Origin: Callorhinchus milii | Taxonomy: Eukaryota | NCBI RefSeq assembly: GCF_018977255.1 | Contig: NW_024704743.1 | Span: 62,932,001-62,996,000 of the forward strand | DNA: 64,000 bases | Direction: 5' to 3' | In this document: in pieces, positions 32,346 through 45,364 of the stretch | Numbering within the stretch: position 1 is the first letter of the stretch | Layout of the letters: each line of letters opens with the position of its first letter | Notes under the pieces: model-generated | The model's database searches: none | Told to the model about the DNA's origin: nothing | What the model saw: only the letters and a program-made list of their open reading frames with translations | Position numbers and translations under genes: made by a program

Positions 32346-32705
32346 GCTGAGAGGTGATCTCCTAGTTAGAAGTGGGAATGTGGGATATGGAGTACATCTC
32401 TTAGTTTGAGATGGGTGTGTTGGACCTGGAGGTAGACCTATTGGTTAGAGGTTATTGTGTGGGCTCTGGTAGAAGATGTTTTGATTAGAGCTAAGTGTGT
32501 GGGCTCTGGAAGTAGACCTTTGCTTTGAGGTGTGAGGTCCCAAGAGAGAAGCGTCTTGGTTGTAGGTCGATGTGTGGGATTGGGGAGGAGTCCTGTTGGT
32601 TAGAGGTGGGTGTGTGGTACCTGAGAATTGACCCTTGTTCAGAGGTGGATACATGGAATCAGAAAGGAAACCTTTTGATTAGAGGAAGGTGTGTAGGTCT
32701 TTGGG
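32345..32705. repeat. Degenerate ~39-bp minisatellite (about 9 units)
   Basis: Recurring (g)ttagaggt..tgtgtggg..ctgga..agacc..tt at roughly 39-bp spacing. Confidence 0.7.
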
Positions 32706-33289
32706 GGGTTTTTGGGGGGGGTAGTGGCAATGAGATTTGAGAGATTATACACAGGAAGGAAAATATTAAACTGAACACAATTATTTTGAAAAAGTTCTCT
32801 ATTCTAAAAAGGATCGATTTTGGAATTAAATATATTTTAAACACATTGCTCTGTCTAACAGAGATGTAATTGCAAGAAAAATGGGCAGATCACACATAAA
32901 AAAAATTGAATTATAAACAGTTGTGTGACTCAGTGGAAATTATTAAGCTATTACTTCAAGCTTTCAATGAGTCAAAGTATGCAATTCTTGTAATGATACT
33001 AATATCAACTATTGTGGTTTGGTTCAACGAATGATGTAAGAATTTCGTGGTATAAAACCTGTAGCCTGTAGGTCCTTTGCACAATCTTTCATTTTAAGGT
33101 AATGGCTTTAAGGCCTATTTCATGGTTTTTCAAAGTTTGAAAAGAATTGGAAAGAAGATGAGATGAATTAAAAATAGTGATTAGGTGTCAGCAAAGTGAT
33201 TAGGTGTCTTGGAAAACTTGTAGATGGTAGGAGTTAGTGAAGCCAGAAGATATAGGGAAATTCCACAGATTGAGGTCCTGAGAAAATAT

Positions 33290-33600
33290 GTAGCATATCA
33301 CAAGATCAAAAGATTGCTCTGAGTGATAAAGGCCTTTCAGCTCATCTAATCTCATCCCTCCAGAGCACCCATCCTATTCGTCCCCCCATCACTGCATCAA
33401 GTTGCTTTTTTAATGGATATAATATCCTGGCCTCAACCACCTTTCCTGGAAAATTGTTCCAGTCATTGATTACTCTCTGCGTAAAAAAAAACTTCCTGAT
33501 ATCCATCCTGAATTTGCCCTTTACAACTCTAAACCTATGACTTCTTGTTCTACCATCTTAAAGCATCCTAAAGTATTGACCTGCGTTTACTTTTTCAATA
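33290..33600 (-). mobile_element. Old CR1 3' end
   Basis: Reverse encodes TRSHRFRVVKGKFRMDIRK / RVINDWNNFPGKVVEA. Confidence 0.75.
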
Positions 33601-33815
33601 AGAATATTTGTAGTGCTTTGCCTGCCCATGTTGCAATTTGTGATAACAACCCATTAATTTCAGTTGCATATTGCTAGAGATGGAATACACAGATATCATT
33701 CTTATAACATCAGCAAATAACAATACTTGATTTCTTGAAGAAAGTGAGCATACATAATATAATAATCTTGTATTTGATATTGTGGTCAGCCTGGCTCAAT
33801 GATAATACTTTCACC

Positions 33816-34688
33816 TGTGGTTTTCGGCCTGCCCACAGCACAGAGACAGCACTTGTCAAGGTTACAAACAACGTTCTCTCTAGCTGTGACCAGGAGTCCC
33901 TCTGCCTCCTTGTCCTCCTGGATCTCTCTGCCACGTTCGACACTGTTGACCACGCCATCCTCCTCCATCACCTCTCCTTCCTCATATACCTTTGTGGGAC
34001 CGCACTCGCATGGTTCAAGTCCTACTTAACCAACTGCCTCCAATTCATCTCAGCAAATGATTTCTACTCCCGCCCCCATCCGGTCACCTGCGGAGTACCC
34101 CAGGGCTCCATTCTTGGCCCTCTTTTTCTAATCTATATGCTCCCTCTGGGTGTTGTCATCCACAGACACGGGGTAAACTTCCACATGTATACGGATGATA
34201 CACAAATCAACTTTGTCTCGTCCAGTACCAACTTCAGGTTTGCCGATGTTCTATCAGCTTGTCTGGCAGACAGGCATGTCTCCCGCCCAACCCGCCCTAC
34301 CATTGGTGGCCGGGCTTTCAGCCTCTCTGCCCCTACACTCTGAAGCTCCATCCCGCGGTCCCTTTGCCTCGCTTCCTCCCTTGCCTCCTTCAAGGCCAGT
34401 CTCAAGACCCTTCTCTTCGACCGTGCCTTTGATCTCCCTCCCACCTCTCTGCCTTCCCTCACCCCTACACCACCCCTCCCCTATGCTTGGGCCCCGACAT
34501 CTGATTGTTCAGCGCTTTCGTTCGCCCACAAATATACAGTCAATTCACTTTGCAGTATGTTCTGTGAAGCGCTTTGGGACGTCCTCCCGACGTGAAAAGC
34601 GCTATATCAAATGTAAGGATTATTATTATTTGGGACGTCCTCCCGACGGAAAGGCGCTCTATAAATGTCATTTTGTTATTGTTGTTGT
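33816..34688 (+). mobile_element. L2 with RT core fused directly to the 3' end (large internal deletion); SINE fragment in its tail
   Basis: GFRPAHSTETAL, LLDLSATFDTVDH, GVPQGSILGP, YTDDTQI, CLAD|RHVSRPTRPTIGGRAF; (ttg)n tail. Confidence 0.9.
34519..34630 (+). mobile_element. Young SINE 3' fragment inserted in the L2 tail
   Basis: cagcgcttt|cgttcgcccacaaatatacag...aaggattattattatt|tgggacgtcctcccgac. Confidence 0.85.
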
Positions 34689-34689
34689 A

Positions 34690-35010
34690 AAGTGCAGTGA
34701 ATGTATTCGTAGGTGAATGCAGCATCAAACCGTTATAAATGTCCAATTTTATCTGGGGTATGTTGGCAAGGATAAAGGAAGAAACTCACTTATCTTTTCA
34801 AATAGTACCATGGGATCCTTAGCACCTGAAGAGGTTGACGAGATCTTGGTTTCATTTTATTGAAGGACAGCACCTCCTACAATGCAGCACTGCCCCAGCA
34901 TTGCTGGTGGAGTGCCAGCTAGACTATGGGTTCAAAGCCCTGAAATGGGGCCTGAACCACAACCTTCTGACTTACATAGGTGAGACTTACCAATTGAGCC
35001 AGGCTGACAT
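34690..35010 (-). mobile_element. Deu-domain SINE
   Basis: aaatagtaccatgggatcc, aaggacagcacctcc, aaccacaaccttctgact, gagccaggctgaca. Confidence 0.85.
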
Positions 35011-35099
35011 AGGGTGTTACAATTTGTTTTCTCGTCAATTTTCTCCCTTCTCTCCTTTAGCTATTGACTCATTGAGAGTAATGCAGGGATATAGTTGCA

Positions 35100-35375
35100 T
35101 GGGCACTAGCAGCAGTCTGGTGCCTTAACCAACTGACCATTCTTCATTCCTTAGTCTAACCTGGAAATGTTGGAAGATTACTTGATTGAGAGGGACATGA
35201 CAATCAACCCAGATCTTGCTCTCACTCAGTGTTCAGATACATGCTCTTCAAGATGAGGTTTACGGGATATCCATTAGAAGGAATGCTGACTATTCTTTGT
35301 ATTCCTAGCCAAAGGTCAAAGACAGCAACATAGTGACCCTCCTGACATCCCCATTTGAGATCAGTCAACCCATTC
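35100..35375 (-). mobile_element. Ancient SINE family B, degraded
   Basis: gaccattcttcat..gatcttgctctcac..cctagcc..tgagatcag colinear with other copies. Confidence 0.45.
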
Positions 35376-38151
35376 ATCTCCTGAGAAACAAGTAGGTGAG
35401 GTTAATCTACGCCCCCCCACCCCACATCAAATTATATATATTCACCACTATTCTAGAATAGGCATCTAACCTTATATCCTGCTAGTTGCTTTCCATTCCC
35501 ATGGTCCTTGCAGCTTAAGACCCCTCATATTCCATTTGGTGTTTGACTGTATCTGTTTGTCTGTACTTAACCTCAACATCTGTAAATGTAGCTGAGAACC
35601 ACAGTACCTTGAGCAGAACACGGTTTAGATCCACCAACATCGAGGTTGTGGGCTCAGCAACTTTCCACTGTACCACAGCACCACTCATTCTCTGCAAAAT
35701 CCTTTAATATTTCTTCACCTGCACACTAAAACTGAGAGAGAAATTTGCATTAGTAATGGCTTAATGCACAACAATCATTTGTAAAGGACTATCAGGTAGT
35801 TAAAGAGGCCGAATATTATAATGGTGGTGCTTTCCTGACTCTTAAGTTTTTTTTTGAGATCCCGCAATGACTCGACCTTGATCTTCTCCTATCACCTTCA
35901 ACAACAGCTGAAACATTATGGCTGAAGGACTTCAATCTTTAAGGCACCAGTTTTGACCTTGTGCTGTTATTATACCTTAATACAAAAAGTCATAGCGTGT
36001 AAAGCACCCAGTCAAGGATGAATAATGGAAGCGTCAAGGTGAGATCAATATCCTGCAATTTCAGTTAGTTATATTTAGAGTGAGGACAAAAAATATTACA
36101 AAACTTTCTCTCAAGAGATTGTGTTAGGTAGAGCCCACAATAGTGCATGTTTATCAAGTGTGTGTGGATGGATGCATTTACTAGGCTCATTCCATTTTTT
36201 TAATGCTACAAATAAGGGAATGGATTTGATCTTCTATTTTCTACAGAGATGGGAGAAAAGTTGCCCTGATATAAAGAAGAGATTTAAAAAATATTTCCTT
36301 GGTATGTACCGTCCCTTGATTTTCGGTTTCACTGTTTTCTCAGGCATGTTGGGTTCTCCCCGAGATCAACTCCATTTGCATGTTCTCTCGTTGGGACAGT
36401 CCCTTCAACTAGTGTGACAGAACAGGGTCATGAAATGGAGGAGAGACATTTGTAACTTTCAATTATAATGGTTCCCTATGGCATCAAGACAGGTAGGAAA
36501 TAAAATGATCTTTTTTATATAAGTGTCAGGGCTTTGTTTTAAAAATGGTTAGCAGAATGTTGCCCCCCTACTGCTTGCAGGAGTTCATTTTTCATTTGTC
36601 TGTACACACACTTTCAAAATACATAATCATTTCCTGTTTGCACATACATGCTTAGATATTGTTTAAAGGGGCCATATTGTATCCTCAGGGATATGAACCC
36701 ACAGACTCATTGAAGCACCCATGCACTATACTAGCGTTCAGGTCTAAAGTTTCTGTTCTAATGTGAAGTAAGTGCTTCAATTTAGTTAAATCTTTTGTGG
36801 ACTAAATAAATCAATGGGTTATGCGTTCCTTTAATATTACAGCCTTCTGTTAGTTATTGGAAATATTGGATTTACAATGTTTCAGAGAAAGAGTAGTAGC
36901 CTGGGTGTTTCAGTTTGCACATTGTGTAAGTGCCTGGTCCCAGTGGCGTCAGAGCTTCAAAGGCATCCAGGCTCCCAGTGTTGTCAGTGGCTGGTTATTC
37001 ATTTCATTACACTTTACATTTGTTTAGAGACTGTACAGTGCAGTCAGTTACCATGCTCAGAAGATGATACTGCCATAAATGTTTGAAAATTCTGCAAAAT
37101 ATATTTGCTTTCTTCATCTCAGTGAAATAGACTTTAACATGGCTGCAATGTAGTGTTGGTTTGCAGGATACCAGCATAACTCAACTTTAAAAGCAAAGCT
37201 GGAGAAGGAAATGGATTTGAGTATGATTATTTTCATTCATTGATGTGGTTTCCAGTCAGTATCAAACTCCTATCAACAAAGCTAACCAAACAATGGGCTG
37301 CATCTTCAAGGCACTCGTAAAAGTGGAAAGAAGTTATCCACAGAAGTTATACTAATTCATCATTTTGAATATTCTGTGTATTTTTATGCTAATAAGAATA
37401 TTAGAAGGGTGATTTTGATTTTACAGCTGTAGAAAGTTGAAAGAGGTATTTTTTTTCATTCTGTGTCCAAATTGCATTGTATTGTGAAAAGAGGAGGGAT
37501 ATGATCCGATTTTCATTCGCCTCTATATATGCAATGCTTACATACACCTATACAGTAAATATATGAAGGCTTTGAGATGTTTCGACAATTCGATAAAGTA
37601 CTAAATAAAATGCAAGCATTAAAATGATAAGAGACATTGATGACACAATTGTAAGCAGCAGCTCTATTTGACTTTGATTAGGAGAACCTTTAAATTAGAG
37701 ACAAAATTACAAAGTCTCAAGCAGGCCTGGAGTTGAGAAGCGTTTTACTGGTCTATAGACAGAGTGGGCTTGACAGACTGAATTTAAAAAAAAATTCCAT
37801 TCTTCATTATATTCTAATATTCAAAAGTACTTTAGTGTGTCTGCCATTGGTGTATTCCAAATAAATTTGTATTGTAAAATAGTAGCTCTGTTGTGTTCTT
37901 TTAGCAAGTAGTGAGTTTGCAAGGGACCAGGAGTTTGTATCAATAGTGGATGCTACTGTGTGAAGCTCCCAGTGTAAGGAAATCATCCAGCATTTTCTTG
38001 GATTGCCTTTATGCTCTGCTTGAATAGAGACACAATGGTGAAAACTTCAGAATAAAAAAAGGAAAGTTAAAACTAACTGGAGATCACAAAACTGCAGACC
38101 ATTTCTAATTGCCAAAGACAGTGCCTGAGCCTCACAGAAGCAGCACTGTAG

Positions 38152-38514
38152 AAATAATAATAATAATCCTTCCATTTGATATAGCATCTCATCACGTCTT
38201 AAAGTGCTTCACAGAATATACTGTAAAGTAAATTGACTGTATATTTTGAGTGCAAAACGCAGCAGCCAATTGCGCACAGCAGTGTCCCACAAACAGTTGT
38301 GGATTGAGTGACCAATTTATTATTATAATTTTTTATTGAAGGAATTATTATCCCCGGAAAAGTGATCAACTACATCAACTACAATCAGGTTCTTACTTAC
38401 TGCTAGGTAAACAGAGGGGTAAGGAAACTTGCCCGACGTTCTTCCCTGCCAGGAATCGAACCCAGGTCTCACACTTAAGAGGTAGGTGCTCTAACCACTG
38501 AGCTACAGGACTCC
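38152..38514 (-). mobile_element. tRNA-Ala-headed SINE, long subfamily, atggaagg tail variant
   Basis: Full reverse copy; ccttccattt instead of ccttgcattt. Confidence 0.92.
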
Positions 38515-40754
38515 TTGAAATGAATGCACATGGTTCATGTGGAGAGAAATACCAATGTGGGCTTGATGGGCCAAATGGCCTGTTTCTATTCTGTTACAAT
38601 CTATAAGTTGGTAACAGATAGTTTTGCAAGAAGACACCTCAGTTCCTGTCCTGGAACTGATTCATAATGTGTCTCACAACCACCTCCATACAGCACAGTC
38701 AGAAAAGTTTCACTACCAACAGATACAATATCACCAGCTGTTTCAAATACAGTATTTGCAGAGAGCACTGGTGAATTAAGACATTATGAATATAACCACT
38801 ATTTCAGTCCCTGGATATCAGAATGTGACTGGTCATTTCAATATTCACAGATATAAAAAAGAACAAAATCAATATATTTATGTTTTTACAATTGTTTATG
38901 TATATTCCACAAAATATACAGTCACAACACCAAAAACAACAACAACAACAAATTGCATTTATATCTCGCCTTTCACATCAGGAGGACATCCTAATGTGCT
39001 GGACAATGATTGGTTTACACCCGATCTGGCAGTAACTACATTTTACAGTACATCCTGTGAAGCATTTTCAGACTTCCTTCCGAAGTGACAAGCACTGTAT
39101 TAAATGTAATCATTATAAATAGTGCCTTTTATGTCAGGAGATCTTAAATCTCTTCACAGCATTCACTGTAAAGTGAATGAATGTGTATCTATAGACAAAC
39201 ACAGCATATTACTTTCCATTTCTAATACTTAGTAGAAATGCAATAGTGTGCAGCAATGTTTTACACTGATCTTGTTCTGTCCTTGTGATGTCCAGTGGCA
39301 CAACACAAGCTCTTAGCAATTCCCTAATAGGTGCAGGGAAAAGATCAGAAACACTCCTGAAACAATAATACCTGACACCCGACTGGCAGCCTCAATTATT
39401 TTTTATTTTCTGTTGGGGGGAGCTATCCTCCTTGGAGGAGGGTTAAATGGGATCTTCTTGGAGATGAACTTATTCCAAGGTGACATGTTTGGGAATGGAA
39501 TGTCAGAATTGAGCCAGCCCTCTGTTGTGGTCTCGGTAGACTAGTTCCTGAGCCAGAGCACTGCTGACGACAGCATAGACTACCTGGCACATCGGCAGGT
39601 CTTGCAGGGGCAGTCACTGGAAGCAGGGAATCCTCACACTCAGCTCCCGTTAACCCTGCAAGCCAAATACCCAACAGTTAGGGTGATTCTAGCTGGACAA
39701 GCAATGGGAAAGCTTCCCAAGCAGTGCTCTCAATGGCAAGCTGTGCGGTTTTAGCTGGTTAGACTCCAGCAGTACCCCAACACACACACTGGGGTCCCCA
39801 AGCCTTGGCTCTTGCCAACCTGCACCTAATACTTTCTGGGAATAGGTCATCAGGATGCATCCCTCCGGGGAGAGAGTGCGCATTCCATTCCAACAATCTA
39901 TCTCTTTCCATGTGTAGGTGGGATGAATGGAATTCTGTTTGGTTTGGATACTCTTAAGCATGGGGATGGGTTTCCGCATGTCAGACACCAAAAAAGATTC
40001 CTGTTGGGTTATTTAATTCCACTTGAGGTGAAAACAATTATGTTGGGATTTTAGGTTAAAGAAATGAAGAAAGCCTGAGAATATAATTTTTGCTGTTCTG
40101 AAGAGCTTGAAATGCACTGATGTGAGCTATAAATGGAACACTGCTTGTTCATATTAAAAACCTAATAGCAGGCAACCAAAAGCAGCACAGTTCAAAAAAG
40201 AGGTGGACAGGAAGCTCCTATGGAATGGGGTCATTTAATACTGTATATCCAAAGTATCGAGGTCAAATTAAGAAATAATTCTTTCCTGTTTTGCTATTTG
40301 CAGACAGAGGAACGGTCTGTGCTTTCCTGTGTTATTTTACACTGTCTTGCAGATGAAGTCAAATAATGATTAAGCAGTTTCTGAGCAGTGATGTGCATGA
40401 GATCATCTCATGGAAAGACAAAAAAGCTTTTATCCATTAATTTAAGTAACTCAATGTTCAGGAGCGTTGAGGTAACATCTCGTGGCAGTTTGTGGAACCC
40501 AGGTGGCTGTGTCTGTTGACAGTGTTCCAAATGATAAGATAATTATCCTACACTGTGTACTGACTGTATTCTTTACACATAATCAGTTTGGGATTATAAT
40601 TTGATAAACCCACGGAATTTACGTCACAATTGGTAATCTTTCAGTCAGAATCTCTAACAACAAGCAAAGTATTGACCCACTTACCATCAAGGTGTATATT
40701 GTAAAAAATAATAGATACTCTCTGGTGAGTTACACGTTCAGTAACATCAATGAA

Positions 40755-41175
40755 TTTTGTAGCGTTGTAGAGTGTTACAGTGCAAAAATAGGCTGTTTGG
40801 CCCACCAAGTCTGCGTTGGTGTTTTCTCTATATGAGTCATCTTACCTTATTCCGCTCTCTTGCTCACTCTCTCTATACCCTGTAATATTCTTCCTCTTCA
40901 ACCAACTATCTAGTTTCCTTTTGAAAGAATTGATGAACTCTACCTCAACAATAGGATAGTGCCAGAATTCCACATTCCCCCAATTCACTGTGTAAAGACA
41001 TTTTCTCTACCTCCCCCTTTAATTCCTTTTGTGATCAATTTAAATTCGAACTTTCCTGTTACTGACTCACCAACCAGAGCAAATAATTATTGCTTTTTGC
41101 CCTATCAGGACCGTTCATCATCTTAAAGGTTAAGGTCACCCTGTAAACCTCTCAGTTCTGTGAAGAAGTCCTAAA
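40755..41175 (-). mobile_element. Old CR1 3' fragment
   Basis: aggctgtttggcccacc; reverse SFKRKLD and FTQ*IGGMWNS remnants. Confidence 0.7.
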
Positions 41176-41505
41176 GTATCACAAAAGATAGAGCGAATGT
41201 TGAATTAATGACTGCAGTTGAAAATATTTTTTATGCTTAAAATAATAAAATAGTTTCTCCTGTCTAATGGGTAACAGCAGTTCTCCAGGAAAGTAATAAT
41301 TAATTGCATAGCTTTTTAGAACCTTGATCTTCACAAAATAACTATTGTATTTTCTTAGAAACCTATGGTCACGTGAAATCAATTAGCTGTGAAGTGCTTT
41401 GAACCATTTTGACATTATAGGCACAACATTAAATGCAAATATTATTATTATGTTTATTATAGTTTTTCCTTTTGTTGTCTTGTCTGTTGGGGAGGCAGTT
41501 GTGCA

Positions 41506-41740
41506 TCAACAATAATAATAACAAATTATATTTGTATAGTGTCTTTCACGTTGGGAGGATGTCCCAAGGCGCTGGACAGTCAAGGATTTGGACCTGAGCT
41601 GGTGGTTTGGGATCAGGAGCGGTGGAGGATAGTTTGAAGGGTGACCGAACGTGCAATTGAAGATGAGGGTCTTGAGATGGGCCCTAAAGGAGGCAAGGGA
41701 GGGGGTGAGACCAAGGTATTGTAGGATGTAGTTCCCTATT
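41506..41740 (-). mobile_element. L2 3' end
   Basis: tttcacgttgggaggatgtcccaaggcgctggacag. Confidence 0.85.
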
Positions 41741-42364
41741 ATCTCCTCTGGTTAAATATATCAGAAAGGGGACTGTGTGGTGCAGTGGGTTGGCGCAATG
41801 ACCTTTTACCTCTGGACAAGATAGCCTGAACAACTGCAAGTTGAGGACACAGAGAGCTGCTAATGCATATATTATGGAAAAATAAGCCCCAGCAGCAGAG
41901 AAATAATTTAGTTTTTTATTGGTTTAAGCATTGTTTTTCTTGATGTGATAGATATTGTAAAACCAGTTGAAAATTAAGAATTGCTAAAATCTTGCCTTGG
42001 GTTTAGTTAGTTGCTGGAAATGAAATTCTGACACTTGCAATATAAAGAAGTGTCGGAGAGGCAGAGACCTTTGTGGTGTGGTGTTTACTTTGAATCGCAG
42101 CCAAGGGAAGGAAGCAGAAACACTTCGCTCAACAGTTTCTCTCCTCTGTGTACTGAAAATGAAAATTACTGGAAATAAAAAGAGTCATTTCAATTGTGTT
42201 TAAAACAAAATATGGCTGCGACGCTTATTAAGATGTGCAAGATTTAAAAAATTAACTCTATTTTTCTTAAAGATATTTAATTTTGGTGAAGTGCATTAAG
42301 TCTAAGATATATTTAGGTATTTAGACATATTTAATATACATTTCTAAGATATATCTAACATAGA

Positions 42365-42605
42365 GAGATTAGGAGGAACTATTCTATGCAGAGGGTAGTG
42401 AAATGTAGAACTCATTGCCCTAAGCCTGGTTGAAGCAGATCGTATAAATGCATTTAAGAGGAAGCTAGGTATACACATAAGGGATAAGGAAATAGAAGGG
42501 TATGGAAGAGAGTGAGCAGTGGGTGGATACTTATGTGGCATATAAACTGTAGTACAGACTATTTGGGCCAAAACGCCAGTTTCCGTGCTGTATGGTCTAT
42601 CTATC
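42365..42605 (+). mobile_element. CR1 3' end
   Basis: QRVV, NAFKRKL, EIEGYG remnants; ttgggccaaaacgcc..gtgctgta. Confidence 0.75.
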
Positions 42606-43819
42606 TGGAGAGAGAATAAACTTGAAGTAACTGATTTTCGTTGGTTTTCATATGTGTAAAACATATTTGCTCCCACTCCCTTGCCTCCCCTACCTTGCTC
42701 TTGTGAGAAGGAAATACACTTGTGCTTTGACTCAACCATCTTACAGAGAAGCAGCACATGACTTGGAGTGCAGTTGGTCCACTTGGTTCCCTCTTCTGGA
42801 GTAGCAAAGAACTTGAGTTACAAGTAAACATCCACCTCGTGCACATCACAATACATTTTAATTCCCACAAAACAATCATGCTCACTAGCATTCTGATACC
42901 ACTGGAAATCTTTCAGCATCAGAGTGTTTGCCTTTTCCTGCTATTTTTAAAAAACATTGGTTTAAGTTGGTTAATGCTGAAGACATTACTGGAGGAACTG
43001 ACTGGGAGCATTTCCTTTGTCAGGCGTTTGATTTTGATGCAGATATGATGCAGAGAGAAGGAAGACTCTGTGGGACGATATACTTAAAGCTTGGGAGGAA
43101 CAAGAGAGGAACTCTTGGTATGACAGACAGGGAACCGTAGAAATTTATTTAACTATAGAAATGTACAGCACAGAAGAAAGACATTTGACCCCTTGTATAG
43201 TAAAGGAAAGCTCAAAATGTACAGCCTGATGGACACATAGTGGTGTCTATTATGTGAGTAAATATGACTGAAAGGGTGGTCAATAAGATAGGTCTTAAGA
43301 CAAGCTTTAAAAGTGATAAGGCAGGAGAGAGGCTGAGAAATTCCAATGGAGTTCCAGACACCAGGGGCAGAGTGGATAAAAGCTGGCCCAAAGATGGTGG
43401 GTTGATTGGCCTAGGGAAATTAAGCAGTTTAAGGTATACGTACTTTATATAACTCACATAATAGACTTCAATATTTCCGACAATCTTTCACATTCTTTTG
43501 TGCTTGCCTTCATGTAGCTACAATTTAATTACAGGAAATAAGTTGGGCGCTGCAACTTGAAATAGAATTGCTCTTGGTATTCTCCAAACCCCTTAACTTG
43601 CAGCGTGGCAGCAAAACAAATAGCTATTTTTTGAACGCAATTCATAGACAAAAATACTAATGATCCTTGCATTTGCTTTAGGGCTTTGTCACTTTGTGGA
43701 AACTTCGCCCACGAAACATACAATCACTGCAATTTACAGTATATCCCGTGAAGCGCTTTGGGACGACCTTCTGACATAGAAAGTGGAAAGCAAATATAAG
43801 GATTATTATGATTATTATT

Positions 43820-44172
43820 AACATCTCAAAATGCTCCACAAGATTTACTGTAAAGTGGAGCGACTGCATATTTGGAGGCAAAAGAAGCAAACAATTTGCC
43901 CAAAGTAATGACCCACAAATAGCCATGGAGTGAATAACCAATTTTATGTTGGGGATTGTTGGCCAGGACACCAGAAAAACTCCCTTCTCTTTTCAAATAA
44001 TGCCATGGAACTTTAATGTCCACCTAAAGAGGCACAAACAGGATCTTGATTTAATATATCATCCAAAAGATGGCACTTCTAGCATTGCAGCACACTCCTG
44101 CACTGCACAGGAGTGCCAGCTTTGATTATGAGCTCAGGTTTTGAGAGTGCTACCAATTGAGCTAGGCTGTCA
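43820..44172 (-). mobile_element. Deu-domain SINE
   Basis: gttggccaggacacc, aataatgccatggaactttaatgtccacc, catccaaaagatggcac. Confidence 0.85.
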
Positions 44173-44704
44173 GAAGGAAAGAGATTGACAAACCTATTTA
44201 TAATCATCCTTTTCTTCATAGTCATGATTCCAGTTTTTTTTCTCTGCTGCAATCTTAGTCTGATAAATGTTCTTCAATAATTTTGGTCCTAATGTGAGCT
44301 CTTTCCTCTTGTGGTTAGGCAGCTTGATTAACATTAATGAACAGCAAAGTGGTTGTCAAAGGTGCTCTGAGCAATTTTCACTGAAAACCTCAGAAAACCT
44401 TGGTAATTATGAATATTGCGAGGGGGAAAAAACCAGCACAAAACGAGCACAGGAAACATTAGTAGGCATGACTGGAATACGTGTTTGGAAACTGCTTTGA
44501 AGATGAGTCTGTCTCTCTTATCCATCCTCAGACGGATGAAGTTGATTCAAATCCTGACTCTCAGTCAATCCCGTTTCAAGAAAATGACAGGAGCCTTTTA
44601 TAAGGATTGGTTGGTTTGGATCTCAGCACATGAGCTCTGATTGTTAATGACCTGCTGCAGCCATCAGTGTGATCTGACATCCTGAACAGACAATGGCAAT
44701 TGCG

Positions 44705-44990
44705 ATGTGTCAGACTTACTCAGTTAGTTGCAGTCTCATCTCTGGGTCAAATGTGAGCACAAAGCCCACTCCAGCAATTGATCCAGTGCAGGATTGCAAG
44801 GGATTGCAATGTTAGAGGTGCTGTTCTTTGGATGAGACAAATGAAGGTCTTATCAACGGGTTCAGGTGAACAACAAAGATCTCCTAACCCATCCAGATTT
44901 CCTTCCTCATCCACATATATGCAACAAACACATTATATTTGGTCATTCAGCACATTGCTATTTGTGGCATTTGCTGGAATAGAAGAGCTG
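44705..44990 (+). mobile_element. Degraded Deu-domain SINE
   Basis: gaggtgctgttctttggatgagac, caggtgaacaacaaagatc, cattgctatttgtgg. Confidence 0.7.
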
Positions 44991-45011
44991 CCTATGCCTA
45001 AGTAATGTAAA

Positions 45012-45364
45012 ATCCTGCAGTATATTGATTAGAGTACTCGCCTCACAAGCGAGAAGACCTGGGTTCGGTTCCTGGTCAGGGCGAAAGCTTAGGCAAGTTT
45101 CCTTACTCCATTCGCTTCCGTTTACAAATAGTAGGAATCCAATTGTGAGTCAATTGACGGATCACTTACTGGGTGTAATAATCCCTTAAAAAAAATTTGG
45201 TGACTCAATCCGCGACTGTTTGTGGGACACTGCTATGCGCAATTGGCTGCCACATTTTACCCACAAATTATACAGTCAATTCTCTTTACAGCATATTCTG
45301 TGAAGCGCTTTGAGACATCTCAATGATGTGTTAAGGCGCTGTATCAAATGAAAGGATTATTATT
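45012..45364 (+). mobile_element. tRNA-Ala-headed SINE, long subfamily
   Basis: ctcgcctcacaagcgag, gggttcggttcc, ggcaagtttccttactcc, tail aaggattattatt. Confidence 0.9.

Noticed and set aside
32345..32705. Regularly spaced ~39-bp repeats as a CRISPR-like array
   Set aside because: Degenerate tandem units without unique spacers, no cas genes, vertebrate context
33785..35008. 16-bp inverted repeat gtcagcctggctcaat flanking 1.2 kb as transposon TIRs
   Set aside because: Both are Deu-SINE head sequences in opposite orientation; no TSD
35515..35740. Possible minus-strand coding exon
   Set aside because: All frames from the candidate acceptors hit stops before the donor; no recognisable protein
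41768..41818. LF-SINE-like head (gactgtgtggtgcagtgggttgg..ccttttacctctgg)
   Set aside because: Only about 50 bp of resemblance with no body; too short to assign
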